Virus record (IMG/VR): IMGVR_UViG_3300042922_000661
Coordinates: 1-64,000 of that record
From: a virus
DNA: 64,000 nt
Direction: 5' to 3' (one strand)
Shown here: in pieces, positions 53,681 through 62,693 of the stretch
How the letters are laid out: each line of letters starts with the position of its first letter
Numbering within the stretch: the stretch's first letter is position 1
Notes under the pieces: model-generated
What the model was told of the DNA's origin: nothing
Seen by the model: the letters and a program-made list of their open reading frames with translations, nothing else
Database searches by the model: none
Program-made: the position numbers and the translations under genes

Positions 53681-54031
53681 ATGACTACCCAAACCGACTC
53701 AAACACCACTACCGCTGATGCGGCCGCACCCACGACAACTGCGAACGCCGGGGAATTGATCGTTTTCGCCGGCGCGACATTTTCCCTGCCGATTATCCCG
53801 GCGCCACTGGTGGTCACATTCAACGGTTCGGACGGTACGCGGGCGCAGCTTACAGTGAATAAGGGCAAGGTGACGTTTGAGGGCGATCCGGACGCAGCAG
53901 CAGAAATGTTTATCGAAGTGATGACACGAAAGCATGCGCAGCAATGGGGCGCACTGCAGGCGCAACTGGAGAAGGCAGAAGCCCAGCTGGCGGCATACTC
54001 ACATCATAACGGCCTGATGATGCTTTCATAG
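53681..54031 (+). CDS. Hypothetical phage protein, possibly truncated by an amber codon
   Basis: 116 aa; the coiled-coil frame continues 21 codons past the TAG to TAA at 54097. Confidence 0.6.
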   Translation: MTTQTDSNTTTADAAAPTTTANAGELIVFAGATFSLPIIPAPLVVTFNGSDGTRAQLTVNKGKVTFEGDPDAAAEMFIEVMTRKHAQQWGALQAQLEKAEAQLAAYSHHNGLMMLS

Positions 54032-54354
54032 CGGCTGGTGGACGCAGAGAAGGAGTGCGACGCATTGCGCCGGGAAGTTAACCGGCTGCGGGGATAAATT
54101 AACCGTAGTGTGGACATGTTATAACAGTTCACTGTAATCAGCTGTTTTCAAGCCGTATGGATCGACTCTTTGCGGCTGAAAAACACCCTCTAAAAAAAAG
54201 GGGGTAAAATTTGTAATAAATATTGCACCCCATCCGGACTTTTGATACCTTATTCACTGAGAGCTTGTGTAGCTGCCATTCTGGCTGGCTGACAATGTTA
54301 AGGAGATGGCAAACAGTCCGCTCTCACTGGGTTGCCAACACTGGAGTAAAAAAG

Positions 54355-54624
54355 ATGACGACGATTTCTCAGAAGTCGGCCCGCGAAATGCTCGGAACAC
54401 CTGAGCAGTTTAGAGGCGGAGTCTTTGTGACAAAAAATGGTGCAGCTGAACTGTTTATCCAGACCGCCGCAGAACGTGAAGCGGAACTGGTAGAACGCGA
54501 ACAGCAGCAGCAGGTAAACGCGATGCTGAAACTGGTTAGCCTGTCTCAGCGTGATTATGAACAAGGTCGCTTTAGCTCAGCCCGAGACCTACTGGCGCGG
54601 AGGCGTGCGGAGCAAATAAAATAG
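54355..54624 (+). CDS. Phd/YefM-like antitoxin
   Basis: ATG 54355 with GGAG SD; VFVTKNG..EL motif; C-terminal S..DYEQGR. Confidence 0.75.
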   Translation: MTTISQKSAREMLGTPEQFRGGVFVTKNGAAELFIQTAAEREAELVEREQQQQVNAMLKLVSLSQRDYEQGRFSSARDLLARRRAEQIK

Positions 54625-54638
54625 AATAGGAGTTATAA

Positions 54639-54977
54639 ATGGCAAAAGCTTTCACAACTTATACAACTGAACTTACCCTTGATATTATCTGGGCTTACAA
54701 AGAAAAACGGATGTCAAAATCCGAGGCGCAGGCTTTTGCCAATGACCTTCTTGAACAAGCTATCGAAGCTATTGAAGAAAATCCCCTCCAATACCGTGAA
54801 GACATTGACGCATTAGAGCGTGGTGTGCGCTTGCGTCGCTGGTTGAATCCAACCGGTGAATACATTTGTCTTTACCGCTACAACGAAGCCACTGACGAGG
54901 CGATACTGGATATTTTCGCCAGCACGCGTCAGGACTGGCAATCACTTCTCTATCTCGTCCAGATTTCCCATCCATAG
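54639..54977 (+). CDS. ParE/RelE-like toxin
   Basis: 112 aa; I..NP..Y, Y...YRY and I..IF.STRQD patterns; 14 bp after the antitoxin. Confidence 0.75.
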   Translation: MAKAFTTYTTELTLDIIWAYKEKRMSKSEAQAFANDLLEQAIEAIEENPLQYREDIDALERGVRLRRWLNPTGEYICLYRYNEATDEAILDIFASTRQDWQSLLYLVQISHP

Positions 54978-55127
54978 GATGTAAAACCACCAGTAAATAA
55001 CGTGCCTCCTGAAAACCGGATACCCGGTGATAAGGGGGGTTGAATACGTTATTGCAGGATAATGTAACTGCTGCCAAAAAAGCCCTGCTAAGGGGCTTGG
55101 TAGCTGTAATGACCATGCGATGTAACG

Positions 55128-56390
55128 TTACTTTATACGTGGGATATCTTTCAGACGTGTTGTGTAACGGGGCGACAGCATTTCCCTTTTCATCTGCCAT
55201 GCGCTGTCCCGCTCTCCCTGGCCCGCGAAAAACACTTTTCCTCGCCCAGAACGATTGATGCCGTCCAGTGCTGCCATTAGCGCGTCAGCGTTTGCACGCG
55301 GCTGCTGCTCACTAAACATGTCAAACTGCGCCACTCCAGACTGGTAAAAATCCCCCAGCATTACGCCTGCTTTTGCATACCGGTAGCCGTCGCGCCAGAT
55401 GGTGCTCAGCCCGCGCAAGGCTGATTCGATAATGTCCCGCGTGTCGCTGGTAGGATAGTCGCAGATACACGATGCAGTATTCGAATACTGTGGCTCATCC
55501 GCGTGCCTGGCGGTGGAAACTGACACGCTGATATGACGACAACGCGAGTTTTGTTCTCTTAGCTTTTCTGCTGCACGGGTGGCATACAGCACTATGGCCT
55601 GCTTCATGTCCTCCAGCTCTGTGATCCTCTCCCCAAATGACCGCGAGTTTAAAATGTTCTGCTTTGGCGGCGGGGCGTCTTCCAGGGCAATGCAGGACTC
55701 ACCATTGAGTTCGCGGGTGGTGCGCTCAACGATGACGTCAAAGTTTTTCCGGATCAAGCTGATATTGCTGTCAGCCAGCTGTAGAGCCGTGGTGATACCC
55801 AGTTGTTGCATACGCTTGGTAATACGCGGACCGATACCCCATATATCGCCGACGTCGGTCAGGTGAAGTAGCTTTCGCTGCCGTGTGCGGCTGGAAAGGT
55901 CTACCACACCCCTTGTCTGCGTCCACTTCTTCGCAGCATGGTTAGCCAGCTTGGCCAGTGTCTTCGTTGGGCCAAATCCCACGCCAATTATCAGCCCGGT
56001 TTCACGCCGGACTCGCTCACGCATCTGGTGTCCGAATGTCTCAAGCGGGATCAGATTGCCAATGCCGGTGACGTCCAGAAATGACTCATCAATGGAGTAA
56101 ACCTCCTGTCCAGCAGCCATCTCGCCCAGTATGGCCATCATGCGTGCAGACATATCGCCGTACAGCTCGTAATTGGAACTGAACACATGCACGCCGTTCT
56201 GCCTGAAAAAACGCTCATTCAGAAACAGCGGCGCCGCCATCTTGATCCCCAGGCGCTTTGCCTCTGCCGAACGTGCGATCACGCAGCCGTCGTTGTTCGA
56301 AACAACGACGATAGGCTTACCGCGCAGATCGGGCCTGAATACGGTTTCACAGGAGGCATAAAAGTTATTGGCATCGGCCAGCGCAAACAT
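55128..56390 (-). CDS. umuC: Second DNA polymerase V subunit UmuC
   Basis: MFALAD.NNFYASCE.VFRPDL, SNNDGC, YSIDE and WQMKREMLSPRYTT motifs. Confidence 0.96.
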   Translation of the reverse strand: MFALADANNFYASCETVFRPDLRGKPIVVVSNNDGCVIARSAEAKRLGIKMAAPLFLNERFFRQNGVHVFSSNYELYGDMSARMMAILGEMAAGQEVYSIDESFLDVTGIGNLIPLETFGHQMRERVRRETGLIIGVGFGPTKTLAKLANHAAKKWTQTRGVVDLSSRTRQRKLLHLTDVGDIWGIGPRITKRMQQLGITTALQLADSNISLIRKNFDVIVERTTRELNGESCIALEDAPPPKQNILNSRSFGERITELEDMKQAIVLYATRAAEKLREQNSRCRHISVSVSTARHADEPQYSNTASCICDYPTSDTRDIIESALRGLSTIWRDGYRYAKAGVMLGDFYQSGVAQFDMFSEQQPRANADALMAALDGINRSGRGKVFFAGQGERDSAWQMKREMLSPRYTTRLKDIPRIK

Positions 56391-56392
56391 GC

Positions 56393-56770
56393 TTATTCTC
56401 CAGCGGGTCCGTTAAAGCCGATCCCGGCCACATCCGTTAAGGCATAAGCCACCACACCCCACACGGGTAGTGCCTGGCTCACATCAAGCAGCGTTACTGT
56501 CTCGTCCGCGTCTAGCGCCTGCAGGGCGGGAACTGGATTGAGCAGTAGCCGCCTTAACGTAAGCTCGCCGTCGAACTCAGCAACGATAAGCTGGCCGTGT
56601 GCCGGTGTCAGGGCGCGATCGATGGACAGCACCGAGCCTTTGACGATACCGGCACTGGGGCAGTCGGACTCGCTGCGCATCAGATATGTAGAGTAGGGGG
56701 AAAGGTATACCAGATCGCCCAGGTTCAGGCGCGTTTCAGTGTAGTTCTGGGCGGGGCTCTGAAAGGCCAT
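56393..56770 (-). CDS. humD: Pre-cleaved UmuD'-like protein (HumD-like)
   Basis: 125 aa starting MAFQSPA, equivalent to the post-cleavage GFPSPA; lacks the G.SM Ser and VK Lys motifs. Confidence 0.8.
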   Translation of the reverse strand: MAFQSPAQNYTETRLNLGDLVYLSPYSTYLMRSESDCPSAGIVKGSVLSIDRALTPAHGQLIVAEFDGELTLRRLLLNPVPALQALDADETVTLLDVSQALPVWGVVAYALTDVAGIGFNGPAGE

Positions 56771-56859
56771 TGCAATGCTCCATTCTCATCTGCGCTATAT
56801 AGCTCCTGACTTGAGTATAAGACGCAACAGACGTTATGCCTGCCGGGTATCAACAGGCA

Positions 56860-56886
56860 TAAAAAAAGCCCCGGTTAAGGGGCTTT
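56860..56886 (-). terminator. Intrinsic terminator
   Basis: AAAGCCCC-TTAACC-GGGGC-T7 on the minus strand. Confidence 0.75.
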
Positions 56887-57023
56887 GGAAAGCAAAGGCT
56901 AATGGCAACATCAATCAAGATACATCCGATTGTTAAATTACCAAACCCTTAGATTTATACAATACATATCAGCGCTGGCCTGAAGCATCTTTACCTACTA
57001 ATTCTGGCAGGTACTAACGCCTT

Positions 57024-57818
57024 TTATTCCGTTTTCTGCGGCTCTGCCGCTGCCGCTGCGGCCACCAGCTCCGGCTCAGGCTGTGGGGCGTCGGTTTTCA
57101 CCTTGGCCAGCAGGATAGTGCGCTGCAGTTGCGCCTTTTCGATGGCATTTTTTACCAGATCTTCATCCAGACCAACGACGGCGTATTTATCCAGGCTTTC
57201 CATACGGAACAGGCTTGTTTCAGGCACTAACTGCTTCAGGCCTTTTTCGTTTTCAGCCGTCACATAGAGCAGCTGCGGCTCACTCTCCGCACTATCCGCG
57301 ATGTACACATAAGCACGCTGGCCAACGCCAATTGCCTGGAGGAACAGGACGCTTACCGCCAGTGGCAGAGAAGTATGCGCATAGCTCATTGGCTGCAGCT
57401 TACCGGCCAGAATGCCATGGGCTTTAACGTCATACGGATTGTGCCGGGTGATGTTCTCTACACGCCACTGGCCTGTCAGGGAGCCTGCTACAAACGCCTC
57501 GCCGGTGACACTCATAGGCAACTGACGCATCAGCACTTGAGAGAAGCTGTTATCCAGTGTCGGTGCCAGAGGGAGTGCGCCGGTTTTCTGGTTGATCGCG
57601 GTGATCGCCTGGTTACGCTCGGCTTCGTCCTGCGGCAGATCCTGCTGATGCAGCAGCCAGAAACGCTCATCTTTATTAGCCCATACAGTCACGCCTTCAG
57701 CGTCCTGTGGCTCAAAACCCAGTGCGGCCACCAGCGCAACTTCAATGTCTTCTGGACGGATTTCGTTTTTCTCGTTCAGCTCAATCGTTGTTTTGCTGCT
57801 GATAATGTATTTAGTCAT
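57024..57818 (-). CDS. Hypothetical phage protein
   Basis: 264-aa ORF in an operon with dUTPase. Confidence 0.7.
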   Translation of the reverse strand: MTKYIISSKTTIELNEKNEIRPEDIEVALVAALGFEPQDAEGVTVWANKDERFWLLHQQDLPQDEAERNQAITAINQKTGALPLAPTLDNSFSQVLMRQLPMSVTGEAFVAGSLTGQWRVENITRHNPYDVKAHGILAGKLQPMSYAHTSLPLAVSVLFLQAIGVGQRAYVYIADSAESEPQLLYVTAENEKGLKQLVPETSLFRMESLDKYAVVGLDEDLVKNAIEKAQLQRTILLAKVKTDAPQPEPELVAAAAAAEPQKTE

Positions 57819-57826
57819 GACAGGCC

Positions 57827-58426
57827 TTATTTGCTGGTGGTTTTCTTGCTAACAGTGGTGGTGGTTTCAGTCGCCGCTACAGGTTCGTCTACCGGAACTG
57901 GCTCCTGTGAAACAGCGGCAGTGGTGTCGTCGGTCGTGCGGTCAGCTTCTGGCGTAGGGTCGGCCTGTACCGCCTTAGTGGAGCCAAAACCGTTATTGCC
58001 GCGACTGGTCTCGGACAGCTCATCGACTTCTTTCCAGGTGACTGTTTCCACCTTCTCGATCATCGCCTGCGCAATGACCATGCCAGATCTCGGCTCAATG
58101 AACTGGCCACCTTCATCGGCAATCATGCGCAATTTGATCTCGCCGCGGTAATCGCTGTCGATAATGGCCACGTCATTTGCCAGGCGCAGGAAATTAGTCG
58201 TAGCCAGGCCGGAACGGGCATAAATCTTCATGCAGTAGCCTGACGGGATCTCCACGGCCAGCCCGGTTGTAATCCACCATGCACGGGGCTGGCGTGCGCC
58301 GCCTTGGGTCGGGACAACGTTCAGTTTCACGTCCAGCGCGGTGATATCCCACGCTGCAGCACCGTCCGAACCACGGAACGGGAGAACGGCGTCAGGGGTA
58401 AGGCGTTTGATCTTAACTTGGGGCAT
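57827..58426 (-). CDS. dut: Trimeric dUTPase
   Basis: Motifs AAWDI, ARSG, IIDSDYRGEI, IAQ and RG.NGFGST. Confidence 0.93.
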   Translation of the reverse strand: MPQVKIKRLTPDAVLPFRGSDGAAAWDITALDVKLNVVPTQGGARQPRAWWITTGLAVEIPSGYCMKIYARSGLATTNFLRLANDVAIIDSDYRGEIKLRMIADEGGQFIEPRSGMVIAQAMIEKVETVTWKEVDELSETSRGNNGFGSTKAVQADPTPEADRTTDDTTAAVSQEPVPVDEPVAATETTTTVSKKTTSK

Positions 58427-58904
58427 GATTTAACTCCGGGGATTTAAAGGTGTAGTGGCGACGCTTGCGGACAGAGTTTTCATACAGAGGGACGTCTGTG
58501 TATTCCACCAGCCCGCGTGCCATAAGGCTTTTGACGGACATAAGGAACAGAGAGTGGCTTACGTCAAACTCATCGCGCACATTCTTGGCGGTGATGAATT
58601 TGCGATCGTTGAGTAGCATCAGAATGTACTCTTCGATCTTCCCCATTTTCAGGGGAGTCAGGCTGGTGGCATACGCGGCAGACACAGCCAGGGAGTACTC
58701 GCCGTCAATGGAGAGTTTGAGCAGCCCGTTTTTTTGCAGGTCCAGCAGCGTTCCCCGGATAACGTGCGACGGGGTGCCGGGAAGGGTGCGGGTAAAGCGT
58801 CGGCGCGTGGCTGTCCGCTCTGCCTTCAGCAGCTCCAGTACCGCTGCCGCCGTTTCCGGATACCGGGCGCGGAAAATTTTAAGTTTTGGTAAAAGGCGCT
58901 TCAA
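58413..58904 (-). CDS. Putative tandem winged-helix DNA-binding protein
   Basis: 163 aa; two L...GL.. wHTH-like repeats; TTG start with AAGGA SD. Confidence 0.55.
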   Translation of the reverse strand: MKRLLPKLKIFRARYPETAAAVLELLKAERTATRRRFTRTLPGTPSHVIRGTLLDLQKNGLLKLSIDGEYSLAVSAAYATSLTPLKMGKIEEYILMLLNDRKFITAKNVRDEFDVSHSLFLMSVKSLMARGLVEYTDVPLYENSVRKRRHYTFKSPELNHAPS

Positions 58905-58983
58905 AGTCTGTTATCCTTGCCAGTGGTTTATTTCATAAGCCGAACAGAACAGAATGAGGGGGCCAGGATGGCCCCCTTTTTCT

Positions 58984-59442
58984 TTAGCCCTGCGTCCACT
59001 TCTCGCCCGTATCTACGCATACCACGCCGTGACACACGCGCCCCTGATCCAGCCTGAAAGCCATGCCGCCCAGCTTGCTGCGCCTGCGGTAGAACTGCGC
59101 GCCGGACAGGTAGGCATGCGGTACGCCAGAATCAATCGCGCCTTCCTCTGTACACAGCCCGTCCTCTGCGTCGCCATAGCCACGCTCAAACTCGCTAAGC
59201 ACTTCGCGCCGGTCTTCAAAGCGGATGATCTCGCCGTGGTCCGGGTCGCGGTCGTACTCGATCGCGCCGTATTTAACGAGTGATGCGATGGTTTTGGGGT
59301 GCCTGAATATTTCCTCACCCCAGTACTGGCCGGTGCAGGAATCAACGTAGGAGCCGCTGGAGTAAGTGCCGATAGGGTTAGAGACGTCGTGCGCCATTGC
59401 CACTGCTACAAAGAAGTTAACGACGTTGCCGGTAACAGACAT
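58984..59442 (-). CDS. Hypothetical phage protein
   Basis: 152 aa, TAATG-coupled to the upstream ORF. Confidence 0.65.
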   Translation of the reverse strand: MSVTGNVVNFFVAVAMAHDVSNPIGTYSSGSYVDSCTGQYWGEEIFRHPKTIASLVKYGAIEYDRDPDHGEIIRFEDRREVLSEFERGYGDAEDGLCTEEGAIDSGVPHAYLSGAQFYRRRSKLGGMAFRLDQGRVCHGVVCVDTGEKWTQG

Positions 59443-59774
59443 TATTTCCCCGCAAATAGCCGTTCACGGCTGCTTAAGGTGTTTGTTTCCTGCCGGGTAA
59501 AAGCGTCGTCCACCAGCCCGACAAAAGCGGCAAATTCCTTCCTGTAATACTCCAGTAGTTTATTTGCGGCTCTGTCGGTGATGTTTTCCACGTAGTAGCA
59601 GGCGCTGTGTCGGTCGCTCCACGGTTTATCGAGGGTAAGCAGGGGAACTGCTTCTGACAGGGTACTGACACAAAACTCCACCAGCACAACTCCGCCGCGC
59701 TCGATGGCGGTGAAGTTCAGCTGGTGGGCGTCAACGTTAAACGTTCGGTTCAGTAAAATCTGTTGCTTGGCCAT
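59442..59774 (-). CDS. Hypothetical phage protein
   Basis: 110 aa, first ORF downstream of cre. Confidence 0.6.
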   Translation of the reverse strand: MAKQQILLNRTFNVDAHQLNFTAIERGGVVLVEFCVSTLSEAVPLLTLDKPWSDRHSACYYVENITDRAANKLLEYYRKEFAAFVGLVDDAFTRQETNTLSSRERLFAGK

Positions 59775-59867
59775 CGGTATTCGCAGGATGCGGGACGGCC
59801 TGAATTGTGGGGGATAAATGATATCGTTACAATTATTATTTCTTTAGATTTCTATAAACTTAAATCT

Positions 59868-60899
59868 CTATTCTCCGTCCAGTATTCCCGACATTTTACC
59901 CTTCTGACTTTCCGAACGGCGCAGGTAGCGCATGACTGTTTTCGGATCCTGCCAGGTGCCTTCCTGCATAATCTGCGTAATAGTCGCGTCGCGCTCCGCC
60001 ATATCCATAGCCGCACCCACGCGTGCGCTGTGACCGGACCATTTGGCATAGCGGCCTTTATTGTCCTGTACAGGCTCTTTACCCAGTAGATCCCATGCGT
60101 CTTTGAAAATCTTTTCGGTAGCCGGTGCTGACATAGGCTTTTCCGATACGCCAGCCGTGTTGTTATGGCGAACCGGCCCAAACACCATGGCATCCGGATG
60201 GTGGATCAGGCCGGACACATCCAGCCACCGCAGCAGATGACTGGCAGCGGCGCGGCTGAGGTGCTTTATCACGCCTGCAGCAGTGACCATCGTTTTAGTG
60301 TGTGACAGGTTAATCACTACATGGCCATTGTCGCTGATATCGAGATCGCGCACCCGGATGCGGCTGAGCTCGGACATTCGGCAGAGTGTGTTGTAGGCAA
60401 CAAACAGGAATGCCAGGTTGCGTTGATCGGTCAGCTTTTCGGAGCGTCCCATCAGGTGCGTCAGCAGTTGCAGATCTGGAAGGCGGAACGGGATCGCCTG
60501 GCCGGTACGTTCACCCTGCAAAACGGCCTCGCGCCGGATGCGTTTCATGGCACGTTTCAGGTCCACGCTTCCTCTGAGATCCGGGAGTCCGCTTTCCCGG
60601 CATAACATGTTCATCATGGCGTAATGTTTGTCGATCGTGCTCGATGCGAGACCGCTCTCCGCCATCTCCAGAAAGTAATCCCGCGCCAGCTCAGGCTCTA
60701 TCGGCAGATAGGCAACGGCACGGTCGTTACACCAGAAAGCCCAGCGCCGGATAACTGCCAGCAGGTCACGGAAAGTATTCTCGGAATAAGCGGCCTTATC
60801 CGCGATGAATCTGCGCAGATTATTAGCGATATCTTCCGGCGTTAATTTGGTTAATTCAGCTGGAAGCGCGCCGGTCTTTATTTGGGCCAGATGTTTCAT
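59868..60899 (-). CDS. cre: Cre-like tyrosine recombinase (Panto/Dre group)
   Basis: 343 aa; YSENT.R.L, AYNTL.R.SE, TKT, WSGHSARVGAA.DMA and VMRYLR catalytic motifs. Confidence 0.96.
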   Translation of the reverse strand: MKHLAQIKTGALPAELTKLTPEDIANNLRRFIADKAAYSENTFRDLLAVIRRWAFWCNDRAVAYLPIEPELARDYFLEMAESGLASSTIDKHYAMMNMLCRESGLPDLRGSVDLKRAMKRIRREAVLQGERTGQAIPFRLPDLQLLTHLMGRSEKLTDQRNLAFLFVAYNTLCRMSELSRIRVRDLDISDNGHVVINLSHTKTMVTAAGVIKHLSRAAASHLLRWLDVSGLIHHPDAMVFGPVRHNNTAGVSEKPMSAPATEKIFKDAWDLLGKEPVQDNKGRYAKWSGHSARVGAAMDMAERDATITQIMQEGTWQDPKTVMRYLRRSESQKGKMSGILDGE

Positions 60900-61089
60900 T
60901 TATATATTCCTTCCAAAATCAGCGAGACAACGCTACGCGAAATCTACAAAAAAAGCAGGGGTCTGGTACGCCAGATTTCACGTAGCGACGCCTGATGCAA
61001 AACCGCTCACAAAGTACGCAGATTGCCAGCAGCTTCGCTAATCTGATCATTTGATCATCAAACACTGATCAAGCATACATGAAACAGGG

Positions 61090-61123
61090 GAAACTTTATA
61101 TAAGGCTTATTATTTAAAGTTTC
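61090..61123. other. 34-bp lox-type recombination site (pox/rox-like)
   Basis: GAAACTTTATATA-AGGCTTAT-TATTTAAAGTTTC: 13-bp arms (12/13 inverted match) around an 8-bp spacer, 190 bp upstream of cre. Confidence 0.92.
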
Positions 61124-61507
61124 ATTTTTTGACATAAAACAGGCGTCATCTGCCTTATGGCTAGAAAAATCGAAAAATTTATAAATTACTTACATGAATG
61201 TTGATGATCGGTTGACTGCCTTCATATATGATCAATTGGCATTCATTTTGATTGCGGACTGAAACTGTTAGCATCGGCAATCTTTGGGCTGTTCGCTTAG
61301 TCCCGGCTAACAGACGCTGATTTACACACACACTTTCGTTAATGAGCGTGTACAGCAGATATATCTGACAGAGGCAGAATACGGACTATTCTTATTATTG
61401 TAATTCTAAGGATATCTAATTTTACATCCCTTCTTTTTCTGTCTATATTCGCGTGCATTAAGTCCAGAGAGACTTGTACCGCTCATTAATATTTTTGGAA
61501 TACATAT

Positions 61508-62581
61508 ATGCCTAACTTTAGCGACGTGGAATTTGAGAAGCGTTATAAACAATTTCTACAGGTACAAACTGAGTGGCTGACTCTCATCACGGACAACAAA
61601 ATTTTCTCTGACAAGAATGCCCTGGGTGAAGAATGCCGTCCTATCGGTTTCATCACTGACAAGACCCTTTTCCTGCGCGCCGAACATCTGCTGAGCGAAT
61701 GGCAGAAGTTTGCCGATCTGGCTGAAGAGAAACGCAAAGAGCGCTCTATTGCGATCACCACGAACCTCTATCTGCCGGTTCCAACAATGGTGGTTAACCC
61801 GAAGCACGTTACCGTAAACCGCTTCCGCGCCACGGCCACTTCTAACCATACCCGCGAAGACATCATCAAGCGTTATGAAAAGCAGATCGGTAAGCTGAAG
61901 AAAGTCCCGTTTGCTGCCGGTGCCATCATGTCACTGGAAGATGAAATGAAGGTATTTGAAGAGGCTGCGCCTGGTAAGATGTACCGCGCTCGCACCAGCA
62001 ACTATTCAGATATTCAGGTCACAGCACGTTACACCGACGATAAGAAAGAGGAAGGCGATAGCTTCCGTTACGGCGCACACGGCCTGCTCATCTTTGGCGA
62101 GACCCTGAACAAGGATCGTGATATCAAGTTGAACGTATCCCGTGGCGGAACCTACACCTCGTCTTACGATGTTATCTCGCCAGTTCCGTGCTCTATCCTG
62201 CCAAATGCGAAGCTCTATACGCTGGAGGATGTGGAGTACAGCAAAACGCTGGCCGCGCAGCGTGCCGCAGTGGCATACACCGTACAGACGCGTCGTTCAC
62301 AGTTTGAACTCCGTTCAAAAACGAAGGTAGCGAAGGCCAAAAACTCGGAAGAAGCCCGCGCATTGAAGGCGGAAATCGCCGCCTCGCGTGATTTGCTGGC
62401 CAGACTGGAAGCCTACGACTGGGCGCTGCTTGATAAGAAGGTAGCAGCTGGCGATACCGAGCAACTGACCATGCCGGAAATCCGCAAGCGTTACGGCAAC
62501 GAAGAGCCTCGCGCCGGTAAAAACATGCGTAACATGTATGATCTGCTGCGCGAGTTAGAGAACAATCAGAGCAAAGATTAA
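61508..62581 (+). CDS. c1: C1-like primary repressor
   Basis: 357 aa; divergent from cre and convergent with pacB, the P1 c1 position; function assigned mainly by synteny. Confidence 0.7.
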   Translation: MPNFSDVEFEKRYKQFLQVQTEWLTLITDNKIFSDKNALGEECRPIGFITDKTLFLRAEHLLSEWQKFADLAEEKRKERSIAITTNLYLPVPTMVVNPKHVTVNRFRATATSNHTREDIIKRYEKQIGKLKKVPFAAGAIMSLEDEMKVFEEAAPGKMYRARTSNYSDIQVTARYTDDKKEEGDSFRYGAHGLLIFGETLNKDRDIKLNVSRGGTYTSSYDVISPVPCSILPNAKLYTLEDVEYSKTLAAQRAAVAYTVQTRRSQFELRSKTKVAKAKNSEEARALKAEIAASRDLLARLEAYDWALLDKKVAAGDTEQLTMPEIRKRYGNEEPRAGKNMRNMYDLLRELENNQSKD

Positions 62582-62610
62582 TCGGTATTCTGCCACCAGC
62601 AGAGCAAAGA

Positions 62611-62638
62611 GAAGGGCGCATAAGCGCCCTTTTTTATT
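62611..62638 (+). terminator. Terminator between c1 and pacB
   Basis: AAGGGCGC-ATAA-GCGCCC followed by a T run. Confidence 0.8.
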
Positions 62639-62693
62639 GTCTGGCTAACACTGAACTGGCCCGATTCTCTCTATAGTGGTTGGCTGCTGGTGG

